NCBI GenBank assembly: GCA_037443035.1
Contig: JBBIPC010000030.1
Coordinates: forward strand, 1 to 26,634
DNA length: 26,634 nucleotides
Origin: Chthonomonadales bacterium
GTDB lineage: Bacteria; Armatimonadota; Chthonomonadetes; Chthonomonadales; CAJBBX01
Reading direction: 5' to 3'
This document shows, one piece after another, positions 18,456 to 26,634 of this stretch. Every line of letters starts with the position of its first letter. Positions within the stretch are counted from its first letter, which is position 1. Under the pieces are notes generated by a model that did no database searches, was not told the origin of the DNA, and was given only the letters and a program-made list of their open reading frames with translations. Both the position numbers and the translations under genes were made by a program.

Positions 18456-20123
18456 CTAGTGCCGCAGCGGTCTGAACTGGAGCCCCTGCAAAGGCTTGCC
18501 TGCAGTATCCGTGAGACGGAAGTGGAAGCCCCACATGCCGGCGCGGTTGTGCACCTTCACAAGAATGCGGTTCGTGCCCTGCCTCAGCATCGTCGTCGTT
18601 CGTTCTGCGTCCCGCTCCAGGCCGCCGGCATAATCGCGCTGGACAACCAGCGTGTCGTTGACCCACACCATCATATCGTCATCGCTGCCGTACCGCAACT
18701 CCACCGTCTGTGTATTCGGACTGATGACGTCGCATGTCGCGTACGCCGTGGTCCGTCTGGCCAGATCCTGGCCGCCCAGCAGCTCCCCCAGACCGACGAC
18801 GCCACCGAAGCTTCTTCGGACCTCCCATCGAACTGGACCGTAGGCTCCCTCATAGACCGCTTGCACGTCAACGTGCTGCTCTGGAGGATAGACTGCACGT
18901 ATACCGCGCTCTTCCGTGGGACCAAAGGGAAGGATGACGTACCACGCCGGAGGTATCCCCGCGATGGGCCTGGGACGCCGTGCACCACCTATGGGAAACG
19001 CACGCTGCGCCCGCATCTCAGAAGACTCCGGCGGCACACGGAGTGCACCGTGCTCGAGTATTTCCTGGTGCGTTTCGCGAATGACGTCCTGGAGAGTCGG
19101 TCGCTGAAGCCATCCGTCCAGAGATGGCACACCGCCCAGATAGGCAATCAACCCGCACGCGCCTTCGCGCACGTAGTCTTCGATCTGCTTCCGGAGCTGT
19201 TCCGAAGTGGGCACACCCCTGCCGCGATTCTCGGGTCGGTTGTACGCTGCATCGAACGTCTGATAGACACCAGCGAACGGCATCCCGGGAACTTGCTCTC
19301 GTGCTGCGGCCACCATCCACTGCACTTGATGACTCGTCATCAATGGGTCGTAGCGGCCGCTGCCGGAAACCGGATACCAGTAGATCAGCATCAGGTCGCA
19401 GGCGCCGCGTCCAAAGTTGCACAGTGAGCCAGCGCTGCCGTAGCCTGCCGCGATGATGCGCTTCGGGTCCAAGCGCTTTGCCACGCGATAGAGGTTCCGC
19501 AATGCTGAAATGGCGTCCCCAGGGCTGTCGTCGAGGACGTAGTAGCCCCATAGCATGGGGGAGGTGCGAACGGCTTCGATATCACGTGCGCACTCCTCAG
19601 GCCAGAACAGGATCGTGCCCCCTCGGTGTGCGGCCCGCTTCGTGCCGTGGTAGCCTCGCTTGCACCGAATCAGCCGACCGTGCTCGAAACCTCCGTAGTG
19701 AATCCGCTCGTCGTCCAATGCTATCACGCCGGAAGCTGGCACGGTTCCTGCACCGTGCAAGAAGAGTGGAATCTCGTCCTGATCGGCCGTGATCCTGTCA
19801 GCCAAGCGGGGTTTGCCGTAGATGTGCTGGGTGAGATGGTAGATCACATGCACGCCGTACTCGGAGCATGCTCGCCCCACAGGAGAAGACGGATCGAGGT
19901 GCTCTCGTCCGCCGAGCACGACATCCATGCCGAGACGTGCCATGGTCGCTATGCCCTCGGCTGTCTCCACGGTGTAGGAGCCAAGTAGTGGCTGGCCAGC
20001 AACCGTCATACTTCGCGGCAATCGTATGGACTGGCTCACATCGCCTCCTCGGCTCGGAAGGAGACCCATTGCTCCAATGGCGATACCGATGCACCGTGCG
20101 CACAAGGCTCTATGGCAGAACAC
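18456..20123 (-). CDS. Hypothetical protein: GH-like TIM barrel with an inserted beta domain and a C-terminal PA14-like domain
   Basis: GGGAGGT RBS before the GTG start. Contains WGYYVLDD, DLMLIYWYP and a C-terminal GSDDDMMVWVND...LRQGTNRILVKVHN...WGFHFRLTD. Confidence 0.62.
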   Translation of the reverse strand: MFCHRALCARCIGIAIGAMGLLPSRGGDVSQSIRLPRSMTVAGQPLLGSYTVETAEGIATMARLGMDVVLGGREHLDPSSPVGRACSEYGVHVIYHLTQHIYGKPRLADRITADQDEIPLFLHGAGTVPASGVIALDDERIHYGGFEHGRLIRCKRGYHGTKRAAHRGGTILFWPEECARDIEAVRTSPMLWGYYVLDDSPGDAISALRNLYRVAKRLDPKRIIAAGYGSAGSLCNFGRGACDLMLIYWYPVSGSGRYDPLMTSHQVQWMVAAAREQVPGMPFAGVYQTFDAAYNRPENRGRGVPTSEQLRKQIEDYVREGACGLIAYLGGVPSLDGWLQRPTLQDVIRETHQEILEHGALRVPPESSEMRAQRAFPIGGARRPRPIAGIPPAWYVILPFGPTEERGIRAVYPPEQHVDVQAVYEGAYGPVRWEVRRSFGGVVGLGELLGGQDLARRTTAYATCDVISPNTQTVELRYGSDDDMMVWVNDTLVVQRDYAGGLERDAERTTTMLRQGTNRILVKVHNRAGMWGFHFRLTDTAGKPLQGLQFRPLRH

Positions 20124-20232
20124 GCGCCACCTCCCTAGAGTTCTGGGCCGCGTGTTCTTCGAAGGGGCTTGCGACTCCTAGGCACAACGGGGTCCAGCAG
20201 ACGGACGCCGCCAGCCGCACAACGCAAGCGCG

Positions 20233-23200
20233 TCAATAGATGGTGAGCTTACCTGTACCGGTCCCCTCCTCGATCCACGGGTCACCGTTGAAGACGACTG
20301 TGACGACATGGGCCCCCGGCTCTTCGACGGTCTGGTAGAGAAGCCGTGCAACGCCCTTGTCGTCTGTATCCGCGTTACCGATCGGTGTCCCGTCTACCGC
20401 GAACTCCAACGGTCGGTTCTTGACGGGCTTGTAGTCGTACAGTCGCCGGAAATAGACGTAGAAGGATACGAGTCCATGATAGGGAACCCTCTTGGGGCAG
20501 ACCCAGATGTAGGGCTTGGCCTTCAGGACGGTCAGTGTGTTCGTCCGCGATGACGCACGGTAGCCACCATCACCGGCCCACTCTGCGAGAATGGTGCGTG
20601 TGCCGGCCCCGGCACCGTCCGAGACCGTGTATCCGATCTGGGCCCGGCCTGTCGAGATCGTCATGGACTCTCCGACCATGCTGCCATCTACCTTGAATGT
20701 AATTCGCTTGTTCGCGACGGGCGTGTTGTCGAGCCGATACAAATAGGCTTTGAGGATGGTGTATCCTGTGATCCGCTGCGTTCGATCCAGGCCGTACATC
20801 TTTGTGTCTACCGTCATGGCATGGAGCGATGCCGTGCCGTACGAGCCCTCGTGTGAGCTATCGCCTCCGAACTCCGCACGGATCGTCCTGTACTCGGGAC
20901 CGTCCGAGATCACCCAGGTGAGGTCCGCCCTGCCGCTGTCGTTCGTGTAGCTCCATCCCACCTCCGTGCCGGCTATGCTGAAAAGCATGGCTCGGCCAGG
21001 CAACCATGTGTTGTCCGTAGTTCGTCGCAGGTAACCGCGAAGGATGATGGCCTCCGTGATGATCCCTTCCCTGTCGAGGGTTGTCGTGGTCGTAGGAGCC
21101 GGCGAGACGCTGAGGGTACCGGTGCCCGATGTGTCTTCGTACTCGTCATCTCCCGCAAACTGAGCCGCTATGGGCCAGTCGCCCGTACCGAGATCCTCCG
21201 GTATGTAATAGTCGAGCGTCGCCACCCCAGACGTGTTGGTCATGCTGGATCCAACCTCGACGTTGGCGACGCGAAACGTGATGCTACGCTCGGAGATAGG
21301 AGCACCGTCGCTCGCTCTTGTCAGAGTTGCGCTCAGTTGGACTGTCTGTCCTATGGCCCCCACACGATTACTCACCTGGAGCTGAGTGCGCTGGCGGAGC
21401 CGGAAACGCAGGACGAAGGCGTCCGAAGTTCCCCCGTTGAAGTCTCGATCGTACGCTCCCTCGGTCGTCGGGAAACCATCCGAGGAAGTGGTCCCGCAGA
21501 CGTACGCGCTCGCCGCTGCCAATGCGATACCGCCCGCTGAATCCGACCCAGTTCCACCGATGAATGTGCTGTACCGGAGATCGTTACCGGACACGGATAA
21601 CAGACTCAAGAACACGTCCTCTGCGCCGTTCTGCGTCGTATCATAGGCATCGGAAGTCACAGGAAAATCGGTCGATAGAGTCGTGCCCCCGACGATGGCC
21701 TGACCACCGCTGTACAGCGAAATGCTATGCCCATGATCGAGGCTGCTTCCGCCTAGGTAGGTCGAAAAGGCTAGCGTGGTGCCCGTATTGTCCAACTTCG
21801 ACACCAGGGCGTCACCCGATCCGTTGTAGCTGGTGTCCAACGCACCGTAAGTCACGGGGTAATCGCTGGAGAAAGTCTCACCCGTGATGTACACGTTGTT
21901 CCCGTTGTCCAAAGCGGCTCCATAGAGCGCGTCATCCCCAGAACCGCCCAGATACGTAGAGAAGACCAGAGAGCTGCCGTCGCCGCTGAGTTTCGTTACG
22001 AACCCGTCATTGCCGCCGTTGTACGTAGTGTCGTAGGCGCCTGCAGTCGTTGGAAAGGCAGACGAATGCGTTACTCCGCAGACGACCGCCTGCCCGCTGC
22101 CATCGACGGCGATGGCGTAAGCCGTGTCGGTGCCACCACCACCTAGAAACGTGGAATAAGCCAGACCGCCGCCGTCAGGGTGCAGTTTGGTGACAAAGGC
22201 ATCGGCGTAAGCCCCTTTGTCGGTGTCGTATGCGCCTGGCGTCGTCGGGAAGTCCTCCGAGTGTGTCTGACCCGTTACATAGACGCTACCGCTTCCGTCC
22301 ACAGCAAGCCCGTTCGCCTCGTCTCCGTCACTGCCTCCGAGAAACGTCGAATAGACGAGACTGCTTCCCGACGGGCTCAGTTTCGTCACGAAGGCATCGC
22401 TGACGCCGCCGTTGTAGGTGCCATCGTGCGCTCCGACGGTGACGGGGTAGTTCGATGATCGGGTGACGCCAGCAACATACGCGTTGCCCGCGCCGTCCAC
22501 TGCAATGGCGCGCCCCTCGTCCCAGTCCGTCCCACCCAAGAACGTCGAGTACACAAGGTCGCTGCCGTCGCTCGTGAGTTTCGTCACGAAAACGTCCCGT
22601 TGCCCGTTGTGGCTAGGGTCGTAAGCCCCGCTCGTCGTGGGGAAGTTTGCGGAATACGTGTAGCCGGTGACGTAAGCACACCCGGCGTCATCGGTAGCAA
22701 TGGCCAGCGCTCTGTCTTCGCTACCGCCGCCTAGAAACGTCGAGTAGTCGAGCGTCGGGTCTATGACTAGGGGACGAGAACGGTCGTACTGCGCAACGCG
22801 GAATCCCGCTACCGGCGGCGCAGCGGCGGTAGCGCATTGTCGCAGCACGGACCACGCGCAAGCCACCGATACGCGGCGGCCCCGCAGTTCCTGATATGCT
22901 GCTGGCGGACTCCAGTGCAGCACGCCCCACGGTAGCCGAACGACAAGGCGACCACGGGCATCTACATGAATGCGAGTCGCGTTATCCAATGCCACCCTCA
23001 GCCGTCGCGGATCCCTTCCGGGCTTGACGAACACATCGAACCTCAAGCCGCCAGTGGCAGACTTGGACCCGGTGGCTGGTCCGGGGCCGACGAAACATAC
23101 GTCGAGTCCGGGGTACAACTCCGTTGTGCGCACGGTGCCGTACGTCGGAATGCCCATGAGCCACCCGCCACGGTCCCTGCCTAGGAGGTAGTTCACGACG

Positions 23201-23517
23201 CCTCGTTTCCGATCAGCCCCGTACACTCCATCGGGCTGGGCAGCGCCGGCGAACCGAAGTGACAGAGCGCGAGGGACCGGTCCTGAGCCCGCGAATAACA
23301 TGAGCAGGGACCGGTCACGCACGAGGACCACACAGTCCCGTCCACGACCGATGAAACGAGTGGAACGGTCCGCCTGCCCAATGTTCGGCTCGAAGCGCAT
23401 GGGCAGGGCCGAAGGGAGATCCGTTGGTTGGCACAGGCGTCGGTACGGCTCACCTCTCGACGCCATGGAACTGTACGTGAAATACAGTGCAGTCGCGAGC
23501 AGAAGAGAACCGCGCAT
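20233..23517 (-). CDS. Secreted/surface SBBP-repeat beta-propeller protein with an N-terminal FEPNxGQ domain and about four C-terminal Ig-like repeats
   Basis: GGAGGT RBS before ATG 23517 and a signal peptide. Contains FEPNIGQ...YDRSRPLVIDP, seven YST(F/Y)LGG...D.FV.KL repeats, and Ig-like T(D/N)xxG.A...(F/W)xGD repeats. Confidence 0.9.
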   Translation of the reverse strand: MRGSLLLATALYFTYSSMASRGEPYRRLCQPTDLPSALPMRFEPNIGQADRSTRFIGRGRDCVVLVRDRSLLMLFAGSGPVPRALSLRFAGAAQPDGVYGADRKRGVVNYLLGRDRGGWLMGIPTYGTVRTTELYPGLDVCFVGPGPATGSKSATGGLRFDVFVKPGRDPRRLRVALDNATRIHVDARGRLVVRLPWGVLHWSPPAAYQELRGRRVSVACAWSVLRQCATAAAPPVAGFRVAQYDRSRPLVIDPTLDYSTFLGGGSEDRALAIATDDAGCAYVTGYTYSANFPTTSGAYDPSHNGQRDVFVTKLTSDGSDLVYSTFLGGTDWDEGRAIAVDGAGNAYVAGVTRSSNYPVTVGAHDGTYNGGVSDAFVTKLSPSGSSLVYSTFLGGSDGDEANGLAVDGSGSVYVTGQTHSEDFPTTPGAYDTDKGAYADAFVTKLHPDGGGLAYSTFLGGGGTDTAYAIAVDGSGQAVVCGVTHSSAFPTTAGAYDTTYNGGNDGFVTKLSGDGSSLVFSTYLGGSGDDALYGAALDNGNNVYITGETFSSDYPVTYGALDTSYNGSGDALVSKLDNTGTTLAFSTYLGGSSLDHGHSISLYSGGQAIVGGTTLSTDFPVTSDAYDTTQNGAEDVFLSLLSVSGNDLRYSTFIGGTGSDSAGGIALAAASAYVCGTTSSDGFPTTEGAYDRDFNGGTSDAFVLRFRLRQRTQLQVSNRVGAIGQTVQLSATLTRASDGAPISERSITFRVANVEVGSSMTNTSGVATLDYYIPEDLGTGDWPIAAQFAGDDEYEDTSGTGTLSVSPAPTTTTTLDREGIITEAIILRGYLRRTTDNTWLPGRAMLFSIAGTEVGWSYTNDSGRADLTWVISDGPEYRTIRAEFGGDSSHEGSYGTASLHAMTVDTKMYGLDRTQRITGYTILKAYLYRLDNTPVANKRITFKVDGSMVGESMTISTGRAQIGYTVSDGAGAGTRTILAEWAGDGGYRASSRTNTLTVLKAKPYIWVCPKRVPYHGLVSFYVYFRRLYDYKPVKNRPLEFAVDGTPIGNADTDDKGVARLLYQTVEEPGAHVVTVVFNGDPWIEEGTGTGKLTIY
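21404..22758 (-). repeat. Seven tandem SBBP repeats of about 65 aa each (coding repeat)
   Basis: Seven copies of L.(Y/F)ST(F/Y)(L/I)GG...D.....A.D..G..YV.G.T.S..FP.T.GAYD...NG..D.FV.KL were counted in the translation. Confidence 0.9.
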
Positions 23518-23911
23518 GGAAACACCTCCTCGCGTCTTGGTGATCCAATCGGTAATGGTGCTCGTTAGGAATCTGACGCGCCAACTGCCACGTTTGTTCC
23601 TGTTGTCACAAATGGCGTCACGGTCCAGAGTTGGACCGACCGCGTCCGAATTGCGTGATAGTCTCCGAGCGGAGTGAGGAGGAGATCTGCAGAGATGGCG
23701 CGGGAGCTGCATGCGCCCCCGATGGGTAGGAAGGGGTCAAGCCTGAGGGTCCTACTATGGATGAAGGAGCCGCCCTGTCTCTGCTTCAGAACGGTCGGCT
23801 CCGCCACAGAACGACCTAGATGACTGATCTCTGGCTACTACGCCGCGCTCACGTGCATCTTGCGTTGTTTGCGACAGTGCTTGCAGGGCACGTCGGTGTA
23901 CGGGATTCTCT

Positions 23912-24841
23912 TCAGGCGAGCTCGGCGTAGAGGGGCGTCGACAGGTATCGCTCTCCTGTGGAGGGAATCACGACCACGATCATCTTGCCCTCGTTCTCGG
24001 GCCTTCGTGCTACCTGCAGGGCCGCCCACACTGCGGCGCCGGACGAGATCCCAGCGAAGATCCCTTCTTCTCTCGCCAGCCGACGCGCCGTCGAGATGGC
24101 ATCAGCCTCCTCGACCGGCACGATCTCATCCACTACACTCATGTCCAGTATCTTAGGCACGAATCCGGCACCGATGCCCTGAATCTTGTGGGGCCCCTTC
24201 GGCTTGCCCGACAGGACTGCCGATGCAGCCGGCTCCACTGCGACACAGCGGAACTCCGGCTTGCGAGCCTTGATGACTTGCCCGACACCCGTTATGGTGC
24301 CACCTGTGCCAACACCTGCAACCAGTATGTCCGCGTGCCCATCGGTATCGCGCCAGATCTCCTCGGCAGTGGTCCGACGGTGAATCTCGGGGTTTGCCGG
24401 GTTCTCGAACTGCTGAGGGATGAGATAGCGCGGGTCCGCGGCGGCCATCTCTTCGGCCTTGGCGATGGCGCCAGGCATGCCCTCTGCTCCTGGCGTCAGC
24501 ACTAATTCGGCTCCTAGCGCCTTGAGAAGCGCTCGGCGCTCTAGGGACATTGTCTCAGGCATGACGAGGGTACAGCGGTAACCTCTCGCGGCGCAGACGA
24601 AGGCAAGTGCGATACCAGTGTTGCCGCTCGTGGGCTCCAGAATGATTGTGTCCGGCCCGATCTGCCCAGCTTTCTCTGCGGCTTCGATCATCGAGACGCC
24701 GATGCGGTCCTTGACGCTGGAGAGCGGGTTGAAGTACTCCAGCTTCGCAACGACCGTTGCTCTGGCGCCGTCGGTGACCCGGTTCAGCTTCACCAGAGGC
24801 GTGTTCCCAATGAGATCCGTAATGCTATTCGCGATCCTCAA
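23912..24841 (-). CDS. cysK: Cysteine synthase A (O-acetylserine sulfhydrylase)
   Basis: TTG start at 24841 after AGGAGGT. Contains LIGNTPLV, the PLP lysine in [33 protein letters not shown] and GERYLST. Confidence 0.97.
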   Translation of the reverse strand: MRIANSITDLIGNTPLVKLNRVTDGARATVVAKLEYFNPLSSVKDRIGVSMIEAAEKAGQIGPDTIILEPTSGNTGIALAFVCAARGYRCTLVMPETMSLERRALLKALGAELVLTPGAEGMPGAIAKAEEMAAADPRYLIPQQFENPANPEIHRRTTAEEIWRDTDGHADILVAGVGTGGTITGVGQVIKARKPEFRCVAVEPAASAVLSGKPKGPHKIQGIGAGFVPKILDMSVVDEIVPVEEADAISTARRLAREEGIFAGISSGAAVWAALQVARRPENEGKMIVVVIPSTGERYLSTPLYAELA

Positions 24842-24993
24842 AGCGTCTGACCTCCTATCCTCGCGCCTGCGAGAGGAATGTATGGGAATGTACGGATCTG
24901 CGGTGCCTCGCGTTCCTGGCAAGCCGCGCCTGACACCCGCTGGCGGTAGGCAACTTGGCCGTCGCTCCGTCTGTGTATCTTGGAGCAAAGCCC

Positions 24994-25023
24994 TTGATTA
25001 CAGACCGAAGTATCCGCTATAAT
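24994..25023 (+). promoter_or_regulatory. sigma70-type promoter of the octaheme cytochrome gene
   Basis: TTGATT-N18-TATAAT, about 65 nt upstream of ATG 25090. Confidence 0.65.
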
Positions 25024-25089
25024 AGGCGTAACCGCGTATACAATCCGTCGTGGATGGTGACGGCCCTCACAAGGAGGGCGTTCTACGCT

Positions 25090-26478
25090 ATGTTACACAC
25101 ACTGCGCCTCCCCATGGTTGCCATGGCCCCGGCCGCCATGCTCCTGGCCGCGTCTATTATGCGTGTCCCGGGCGCCGCCCAGCAGAGAGCCGGCAAGCGA
25201 CCGCCCGCTAGGGCTGCACAGACGCAACAGGCGCCGATATCACCGGAGGGACGGCGCTGCCTGGGATGCCACGCAAGCGTGACGCCGGGCATCGTCGCCG
25301 ACTGGAAATCCAGCAAGCACTATGGCAATGGTGTCGATTGCGCCGCCTGCCACGTCGCGGCCGCCGAAGGCAATCGTCCGGACATCCAGCAACACCATGG
25401 TTTCAAGATCGTCGTCCTCGTTACCCCCAAGCACTGCCAGTCCTGTCACGAACGGGAGGCAGTTGAGTTCCAGGCAAGTCGCCATGCTGATGCGGCCAAG
25501 TTCATCGGCAGTCTGGATAACGTCCTGGGCGAGGTAGTCGGTGGTGGTCCGGCCGCGGACTCCGGCTGTAGACAGTGCCACGGATCGACGGTCGCGGTGA
25601 AGGACGGCAAGCTGGATCCTTCCACATGGCCCAACACAGGCATTGGCCGCATCAATCCTGACGGCAGCAAGGGTACGTGCACTGCCTGCCACTCCCGCCA
25701 CGCCTTCAGCATCGCCCAGGCCAGAACGCCTGAAGCGTGCGGCAAGTGCCATCTTGGGCCCGACCATCCCCAGATGGAAGTGTGGCAGGAGTCCAAACAT
25801 GGCGGGCGCTACCTAATGAACCTGGCGCTGGGCAAGGACATGAACTTGTCTGCCCCCGCAGGCAAGTGGATTCCCGGCAAGTCCTACTCTTCCGGTCCCA
25901 CATGCGCCTCATGTCACATCAGCGCCACGCCCAACGCCAGCACGACGCACGACGTGGGTGCACGTATCTCCTGGACTCTGCGGCCGCCGATCGCCACTAA
26001 GCTGGAAAACGCAGACAAGAAGCGAGCCGCCATGCAGGACGTATGCATGCAGTGCCACAGCCGAACGTACGTTCAGTCCTTCTACACTCAGTTCGATCGG
26101 GTCGTGGGGCTGTACAACGACAAGTTCGCCGTGCCGGCAAAGACGATCATGGAGCGACTGACAGCGGAGAGGAAGCTCACAGACCAACCCTTCGACGCGC
26201 CTATCAAGTGGACCTACTACGAGCTGTGGCATCACGAAGGCCGCCGAGCCCGCCACGGCGCAGCCATGTCAGGCCCGGACTACACATGGTGGCATGGGCT
26301 CTACGAGGTGGCCAAGACGTTCTATACCCACTTCCTCCCGCAGGCCCGCGAGCTGGATCCCAAGGTCGTGGACGATGTGATCAAGAGCATGCCGGAGCAC
26401 GCGTGGTTCACCCAGGGCATGACCAAAGAGCGGGTCAGGCAGATCCTGGAGTTCTATCAGAGCCGGTACAAGCAGTAA
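25090..26478 (+). CDS. Octaheme cytochrome c of the hydroxylamine oxidoreductase (HAO) family, reductive/epsilon-Hao-like
   Basis: AAGGAGG upstream and a signal peptide. Eight CxxCH motifs (CLGCH, CAACH, CQSCH, CRQCH, CTACH, CGKCH, CASCH, CMQCH), plus HAO-type CHSRHAFS, CHLGPDHPQ...SKHG and a C-terminal helical region. Confidence 0.9.
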   Translation: MLHTLRLPMVAMAPAAMLLAASIMRVPGAAQQRAGKRPPARAAQTQQAPISPEGRRCLGCHASVTPGIVADWKSSKHYGNGVDCAACHVAAAEGNRPDIQQHHGFKIVVLVTPKHCQSCHEREAVEFQASRHADAAKFIGSLDNVLGEVVGGGPAADSGCRQCHGSTVAVKDGKLDPSTWPNTGIGRINPDGSKGTCTACHSRHAFSIAQARTPEACGKCHLGPDHPQMEVWQESKHGGRYLMNLALGKDMNLSAPAGKWIPGKSYSSGPTCASCHISATPNASTTHDVGARISWTLRPPIATKLENADKKRAAMQDVCMQCHSRTYVQSFYTQFDRVVGLYNDKFAVPAKTIMERLTAERKLTDQPFDAPIKWTYYELWHHEGRRARHGAAMSGPDYTWWHGLYEVAKTFYTHFLPQARELDPKVVDDVIKSMPEHAWFTQGMTKERVRQILEFYQSRYKQ

Positions 26479-26524
26479 CGGCGAGCACCCACTTCGAGGG
26501 TGTTCCGAACTAGGCACGAGGTAC

Positions 26525-26555
26525 ACCACGGCACGGTTGCCGACCGTGCCGTGGT
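26525..26555. other. Perfect 13-bp hairpin downstream of the octaheme gene (terminator or REP variant)
   Basis: ACCACGGCACGGT-TGCCG-ACCGTGCCGTGGT with no U-tract. Its end runs into GTAGCC. Confidence 0.55.
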
Positions 26556-26589
26556 AGCCGCCATGCCGGTCCCGTTCGCACGCGCAGCG

Positions 26590-26634
26590 TGTAGCCGCCG
26601 CTTCTTGCGGCGCAAGACCTGTAGCCGTCGTTTC
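26590..26634 (+). repeat. Two more REP-like copies: 26590-26612 and a truncated copy at 26620-26634
   Basis: TGTAGC CGCCGC TTCTT GCGGCG, then TGTAGC CGTCGT TTC at the window edge. The 30-nt period matches the first two copies at the left end. Confidence 0.85.

Noticed and set aside
18414..19427. Long alternative ORFs (18414-19427, 16000-16962, 4775-5656, 13309-14055, 12650-13399)
   Set aside because: They are antisense shadows of well-supported genes in high-GC DNA and show no recognisable motifs.
23518..23911. Riboswitch or ncRNA in the long intergenic regions (also 2110-2430)
   Set aside because: Only a short hairpin (CGGTCCA-N4-TGGACCG, 23621-23638) was seen, with no recognisable aptamer. 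An Infernal/Rfam scan would be decisive.

Overview
High-GC bacterial chromosomal segment, probably a whole contig. Both ends carry the same GTAG-type REP-like palindromic repeat family, in inverted orientation. It holds two tRNA genes (Asp-GTC and initiator Met-CAT) and 16 credible CDSs. Several are secreted, Tat-exported or carbohydrate-active proteins: a beta-propeller GH, a clan-A-like GH, a GH99/WbsX-like protein, an esterase, a Gfo/Idh/MocA oxidoreductase and DUF5107-TPR. There are two surface proteins (a DUF4382/DUF5666 lipoprotein and an SBBP propeller with Ig repeats) and cysK, which is divergent from an octaheme HAO-family cytochrome c that appears to lack the cross-linking Tyr. The best candidate for an uncharacterised system is a tightly packed four-gene operon at 7411-13312: a degenerate GalU-like protein, a 1101-aa GHMP-kinase/UDP-sugar-pyrophosphorylase fusion, a CxxC peroxiredoxin-like protein and a serine esterase, which together suggest a sugar-salvage/activation pathway. 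No integrase, transposase, CRISPR array or rRNA was seen. All family calls come from motif recognition by eye, not database searches.
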